This document shows, piece after piece, positions 59,569 to 64,000 of a stretch of 64,000 bases of DNA. Source of the DNA: Candidatus Eiseniibacteriota bacterium (lineage in GTDB: Bacteria > Eisenbacteria > RBG-16-71-46 > CAZAMP01). A model generated the notes under the pieces. That model did not search any database and was not told the DNA's origin. It saw nothing but the letters and a program-made list of their open reading frames with translations. How positions within the stretch are numbered: the first letter of the stretch is position 1; each line of letters opens with the position of its first letter. The stretch lies in assembly GCA_965224245.1 (NCBI GenBank), contig OZ245046.1:2880001-2944000 (forward strand). The letters are read 5' to 3'. The position numbers were made by a program, and so were the translations under genes.

Positions 59569-60204
59569 TCAGTGATGGATCGCCTTGATGGCCGCCCAGC
59601 TTCGGCTGGCGACCGGCGTGTTCATCGCACAGGGATTGAACCCCGCCCCCTCCGCACCGAAGTCGATGACGCCGAGATCGTCGGACGACAGGTCGTGAAG
59701 CGCTCCGTCGGCGAACACCGATACCTCGCCCGTGAGGTCGTCGCCGCGGATGCCGAGAGTCCCGGGGCCCTCCATGGTCGCCCGGATGTAGCCCACGAGC
59801 ACCAGCTCGTCGATGCCTCCGGTCTCGAGGGGGGGATCCCACCGGATCGTCTGAAACGACATGCAGCTCGGCTCGAAAGTCAGGGGCCACACGAGCGTCA
59901 CCCCCGAGCGACAGGCTTGCCAGCGGCCGACGTGAAGCGCGGCCGAGCAGTCGAAGCCGAAGCTGACGTCGCTCACGGACTCGACGCCCGTGAGATAGAG
60001 GAACGCCCCCTGGACGACCTCGCGGTAGCCCTCGACGACCACCGAGCCACAGCCCATACCCTGGATGGCGGACCTCTCGCACGGCGGATCGTCGACCTCG
60101 GGAACCCATCGTGCAACGTGGAGGACCAGCTGTGGTCCAGCGAACGCGTGGGCGGCGTACAGTGCCGCACACGAGACCCCGGCCAGGAGCAACCTCGTTC
60201 TCAT
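59569..60204 (-). CDS. Secreted hypothetical protein with C-terminal SWAAIKAI tail
   Basis: GGAGGAG RBS; signal peptide; ends NPCAMNTPVASRSWAAIKAIHH. Confidence 0.75.
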   Translation of the reverse strand: MRTRLLLAGVSCAALYAAHAFAGPQLVLHVARWVPEVDDPPCERSAIQGMGCGSVVVEGYREVVQGAFLYLTGVESVSDVSFGFDCSAALHVGRWQACRSGVTLVWPLTFEPSCMSFQTIRWDPPLETGGIDELVLVGYIRATMEGPGTLGIRGDDLTGEVSVFADGALHDLSSDDLGVIDFGAEGAGFNPCAMNTPVASRSWAAIKAIHH

Positions 60205-60321
60205 CGGACTCTCCTCCGATCGACGAAACGGCGGGAGAGGGTCCCGTCTCGGTTGTCCGAACCCCGGCAGCCTCTGATCAGCCTACCCGCCACGCACCGT
60301 CGACCGCAATGGTCGCGGGCC

Positions 60322-60840
60322 TCAGCGCACCCTCGGCAGGGTGGTCTCCCACAGACACCCGTCCGGCTCCCAGTCGATCTCGCGCGCGATCGTGATCAGC
60401 GAATCGGACACCGTGTCCAGCACCCGCGAGCATCCCGGTCGCGACACAACCGAATGGGAGCGCCGGGCCAGCTGCACGGAGAGCTCGACGCCCTCGTAGA
60501 CGGGCCAGGGCGGCGGAGTCCCGAAGCAGCCGATGACGATCTCGAGCGGACACTGCATTCCCACCTTGCTCGGAAGATCGACGTACTCGGTTCCGGTGAT
60601 GCTCCTCACCGCACGTCGCATCTGTGCGGAGCCGATGCGACCACTGAAGCATCCGACGAGGTCATCGAACCGGCGAGCGTCGAGCCTGGCAATGCCATCG
60701 CTCTTGAACTCCAGAGTGAACCGCTGACCGTCACCTCCACGCGTGAGCCGGATGACCTCGCCGGCATCGTTCGGCAGGGCACGTTCCGCGGCGTACGGCA
60801 TCGTGGTTGCGAGCAAGGCTGCGGCGACCAGAGTCATCAT
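60322..60840 (-). CDS. Secreted hypothetical protein
   Basis: Signal-peptide-like N-terminus; 172 aa; co-oriented with neighbours. Confidence 0.55.
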   Translation of the reverse strand: MMTLVAAALLATTMPYAAERALPNDAGEVIRLTRGGDGQRFTLEFKSDGIARLDARRFDDLVGCFSGRIGSAQMRRAVRSITGTEYVDLPSKVGMQCPLEIVIGCFGTPPPWPVYEGVELSVQLARRSHSVVSRPGCSRVLDTVSDSLITIAREIDWEPDGCLWETTLPRVR

Positions 60841-60907
60841 GGTGTGCGTCCAGCGCCCGACGTGGGGCCGACCTGACTCCTGGCTCGTCGTCCGGCGGCC
60901 GCCGTGG

Positions 60908-61714
60908 CTAGGCGGTGGCGGTTCCCGTGACGACGTGGGCCGGTGCGCGGAACACGACCTGTCCGCCGTCGGTCACGTACTCCGCGAGGGCGCCGCTGGC
61001 CTCCTTCAGAATGTCCTGAATCAGCTCCTCGTTCAACAGGACTCCCATGACCGGCAGCCAGCCCCGGAGATCGGCCTCGACCATCGCCTCGACGCTGGGA
61101 AAGCGGGCGGTTCCGTCATGGGTCGCGACGGCCACCGACCCGACACCCGAGTCCTCGAACAGGGCGCCCAGCGCGTCCGTGTCTCCGAGCACGAAAGGCG
61201 CGCGTAGCGCGTCGGCGGCGTCGGTGCCCGCAAGACGCTCCAGCAGCTCCACTTCGATGGGATAGGCCTCCGAGTTCTCCAGGCTGTCCCAGACCGCGAC
61301 GGCCAGCCTCCCGCCCGGCTTGAGGACCCGGATCATCTCTCCGAGGGCCCGTGAGCGATCACCGAAGAACATCAGACCGAACTGGCAGCACACCGCGTCG
61401 AAGGACCGATCGGGATACGGAAGCGCCTCGGCGACACCCTCTCTCCACTCGACGTGCGGCGCCAGCTCCTTCGCGACCGCCAGCATCCCCGGCCCGGGGT
61501 CGATCCCCGCGACCGAGCCGCCGGGGCCGACGCGGCCCGCGGCCTCCCGGGCCAGAACACCGGTGCCACAGGCGACGTCGAGTACCCGATCCCCGACGCC
61601 GACCCTGGCCGCGTCGAGTACGCGAGGGCACCACTGCGCGAACAGTGCCGGCACATGTAGGTTCTCGTAGGCTCGCGCTCCGGCGATTTGCTCGTCGAGA
61701 TTGTCGTCTCGCAT
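60908..61714 (-). CDS. Class I SAM-dependent methyltransferase
   Basis: VLDVACGTG, AEALPYPDRSFDAVCCQFGLMFF, RVLKPGG. Confidence 0.92.
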   Translation of the reverse strand: MRDDNLDEQIAGARAYENLHVPALFAQWCPRVLDAARVGVGDRVLDVACGTGVLAREAAGRVGPGGSVAGIDPGPGMLAVAKELAPHVEWREGVAEALPYPDRSFDAVCCQFGLMFFGDRSRALGEMIRVLKPGGRLAVAVWDSLENSEAYPIEVELLERLAGTDAADALRAPFVLGDTDALGALFEDSGVGSVAVATHDGTARFPSVEAMVEADLRGWLPVMGVLLNEELIQDILKEASGALAEYVTDGGQVVFRAPAHVVTGTATA

Positions 61715-61760
61715 GATGCCTCCGTCGTCCGTTCATTGATGCCGGCGCGATCGGCGACCG

Positions 61761-62165
61761 CTATCCGGACTGCCTCGCATAGTTTCGGATCATCATCCCG
61801 GTTGCCGGCTTCATGCCCAGGCCCGAGTAGAACACCTGGAGTTCCGGGTCGCAAAAGAGATCCACCATGTAGAGGGAGGAGAGCCGCCCCAGCATCCGCG
61901 AGACGAGTCCACGCCCGATCCCTCGTCCCTGGTGGTCCGGCAGCACCTCCAGGAATGGAATGTACGCCGCCAGCACGCCATCGGTGATCGCGGTGATGAA
62001 CCCCACGACGCGACCGGACTCGTCGTCGACGGCAACGACCACGTGCGTGCTCTTCCGCAGCAGATGAAGGTGCGTCTCGGGGCTGGGTCTCCGGGGCCAG
62101 CCCTCGAAGAAGCCGATGAGCTGCTCGGCACACACCCCCTCGACGTCATCCCGGTAGCGGATCAT
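61761..62165 (-). CDS. GNAT N-acetyltransferase
   Basis: VVGFITAITDG..AYIPFLEVLPDHQGRGIG; FYSGLG. Confidence 0.9.
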   Translation of the reverse strand: MIRYRDDVEGVCAEQLIGFFEGWPRRPSPETHLHLLRKSTHVVVAVDDESGRVVGFITAITDGVLAAYIPFLEVLPDHQGRGIGRGLVSRMLGRLSSLYMVDLFCDPELQVFYSGLGMKPATGMMIRNYARQSG

Positions 62166-62464
62166 CTCGACTCCTTGCTCTCCGACTCACGGCTTGCTGG
62201 CCACGCCGCAGTACGAGACGAGTCATCGCCGGGGATCGGCAGGGCACCACGGCCCGTGCACCGATGGCCGGCGGCGACCTCTGAGCCAGGGGGTCGAGCC
62301 CAGATTACCGACGACGTAGCGTCCGTGCGGCGAGGCCGGGAGAAGAGGCTCTGCCACCACGCGAGGCGGTCACGACTCCAGAAGAGACCGGACGAGAAGC
62401 CGAGGTAGCCGGGCTCGAGCTCGGAGCGGCAGCGGGGACACGGTCCAACGGTCCGGCCAGCCAT
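62162..62464 (-). pseudogene. Zn-ribbon protein (DUF6487/PF20097-like), probably degenerate with compensating frameshifts
   Basis: GGAGGAGG RBS; CPRC..LEPGYL..GLFW; second knuckle reduced to CTGR; alternative frame across about 62281-62340 reads HGRYVVGNLGSTPWLRGR. Confidence 0.5.
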
Positions 62465-62569
62465 GATGCACACCTCCTCCCAGGGGCTTCGTCCCGGGTG
62501 TATCACCCCGCGCTCGCGCCGCCACGTTTGCCACCGATCCCCGCACTCGACTGCAGATGCATCTCGACG

Positions 62570-63532
62570 TCAGCCGCCGAGCGACAGCAAGACCAGGGTC
62601 TGAAGCTCGGCATCCAGAAGCTCCCTGCCGTCATACACCGACGTCAGCCGGGTGATTCGTCCCTGCGCATCCAGCTCCAGCGCGGTGATGCCCGACTTGA
62701 CGCCCATCCTCGGACTCCCGATCCATTCGAACCCGCCACCGGAATCGCTACCCACGACATGCCTCAGCTTCGCGCCTTCTCCGAATGGTGCCTCCGGGAG
62801 CACTCGACTCAGGTATTGCCGGATCTCGGACTGACCCAGCAGCTGAGCGCGAAGGGTCATGTCCTCGTAGACCGCGTCGTAGCTGAACAGACTCGAGGCC
62901 GCCTCGGCATCCGCGGCCGCGAAGGCACGCTGGAGATCGGTGGCGACCGAACGGATCTTCTGTGACGCCCTCGGATCGATGGAGCTCTCTTTGAAGTCGG
63001 TCGGGAACGTCTCCTCCGGCGTTCGCATCTTGCCGTAGAGATCGGCATCGAAGCTTCTGCTGTCCCAGTAGTCGACCCAGCGAACGACCGTGCCGTCCTC
63101 GAAATCGACCGCGCCCAGTATGCGCAGCTCCCCACCGAACAGCTCGGGTGTGTCGGTGAACGCTACGACGGCGCTCCCCGATCCCCCGATGATGCGTGTG
63201 GGATAGGACAGACCCGTCTCGGGCCAGGCCGGCATGTACTGGGCAAAGATGCCCTCGAGGGCATCGAAGCTGTTCAGTGACCAGCCGAGAGTGGCATCGG
63301 TGTAGGTCACCAGGCTCGGAGCGAAGTGCTCCATCGTCCCGTCGACATCATGACGACTCTTCGCGGTGAAGAACGAGGCGAAGAAGGTGCTCACCTCATC
63401 CGATGCGTGGCTCGTATCGACGATCTGAGGGTAGAGGGAATCACCTTCGTCCTGAGTGAGTCCAGCACCCGCTCCGAGAGCCAGACACGTCACGACGAGA
63501 ACGGCGACGAAGCGCCCTTTGGACCGGCTCAT
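62570..63532 (-). CDS. Secreted tandem NTF2/SnoaL-like domain protein
   Basis: Signal peptide; FFTAKSRHDVDGTMEHF..YTDATLG, RWVDYWD; LFSYDAVYED...ITRLTSVYD. Confidence 0.8.
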   Translation of the reverse strand: MSRSKGRFVAVLVVTCLALGAGAGLTQDEGDSLYPQIVDTSHASDEVSTFFASFFTAKSRHDVDGTMEHFAPSLVTYTDATLGWSLNSFDALEGIFAQYMPAWPETGLSYPTRIIGGSGSAVVAFTDTPELFGGELRILGAVDFEDGTVVRWVDYWDSRSFDADLYGKMRTPEETFPTDFKESSIDPRASQKIRSVATDLQRAFAAADAEAASSLFSYDAVYEDMTLRAQLLGQSEIRQYLSRVLPEAPFGEGAKLRHVVGSDSGGGFEWIGSPRMGVKSGITALELDAQGRITRLTSVYDGRELLDAELQTLVLLSLGG

Positions 63533-63666
63533 GGTATTCCTTTCACGTGCGTGGTTGGGAGGTCGAGCGTCCTCGGCCCCCTGGTGTCTTCAGCAGTATG
63601 GCGTATGCCGCTGATCGGTGGCCGACCGAGGGCCGGTCCGCCTGAAGCCGCATCTTAGATGCATCC

Positions 63667-63765
63667 ACGTAACAGCGCACCAGGTACCTTCCGGGTCTGC
63701 GACGCAACCCGTTCGCCGATGACGAGTGCGGCGCTTCCCGTCACGCCGCGATCGCGTTGCTAGGC
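63667..63765 (-). repeat. Degenerate attC-like imperfect inverted repeat after the MBL gene
   Basis: Minus strand begins GCCTAGCAACGCG (overlapping the stop) and ends GCGCTGTTACGT; arms match 7/9. Confidence 0.35.
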
Positions 63766-64000
63766 CCCGTGCGTACGCCGTATCGCTTCGACCGGAAACG
63801 GTGGCCCATGGGCGGGATAGATCATGGTGGCGCCGCGATCGACGACGCGCGCCCAGCTCCGTTCCAGCGCCTCCACGTCGTCGCCCAGGATGGCCAGCCG
63901 AGGACCGAGCGTGAGCGGAAGGCGGTTCATCGCGAGATCACCGACGAACGCCTCTCCGGATTCGAGAACCACGGAGATCGACCCCGGCGAGTGTCCGGGA
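63760..64000 (-). CDS. MBL-fold metallo-hydrolase, C-terminal part (runs off window edge)
   Basis: PGHSPGSISVV...FVGD...IYPAHG. Confidence 0.85.
   Translation of the reverse strand, partial: PGHSPGSISVVLESGEAFVGDLAMNRLPLTLGPRLAILGDDVEALERSWARVVDRGATMIYPAHGPPFPVEAIRRTHGA

Overview
High-GC (about 70% by eye) bacterial chromosomal window with about 47 protein-coding genes. I saw no rRNA, tRNA, CRISPR array, transposase or integrase. It is rich in secreted proteins carrying one of two mutually exclusive C-terminal tags: a FlgD-Ig/T9SS-CTD-like domain (6 proteins) or a short C..PVxxx[ST]Wxx[IV]Kx[IV] tail (3 proteins). This suggests an FCB-superphylum candidate lineage such as Eisenbacteria or Krumholzibacteriota (inference). 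The strongest candidate novel systems are: (1) a membrane-anchored ClpA/B-like AAA+ protein fused to an RF2 (peptide release factor)-like body lacking the GGQ domain and SPF motif; (2) a translationally coupled operon of an ArsP/SO_0444-type metal permease fused to an HflK-like SPFH domain, plus hflC and hflK, with no ftsH in the window; (3) the W-x-x-I/V-K C-terminal sorting signal. Also notable are a CTD-tagged hexaheme cytochrome c, a VIT/vWA two-component operon with a tandem GTTAC box, a tandem-HxlR regulator with a QsrR-like operator, several proteins with substituted catalytic residues, a stand-alone ZZ-like zinc finger, and a co-oriented run of small accessory genes (57.4-64 kb) with attC-like remnants. 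All calls come from reading motifs by eye; no database searches were run.
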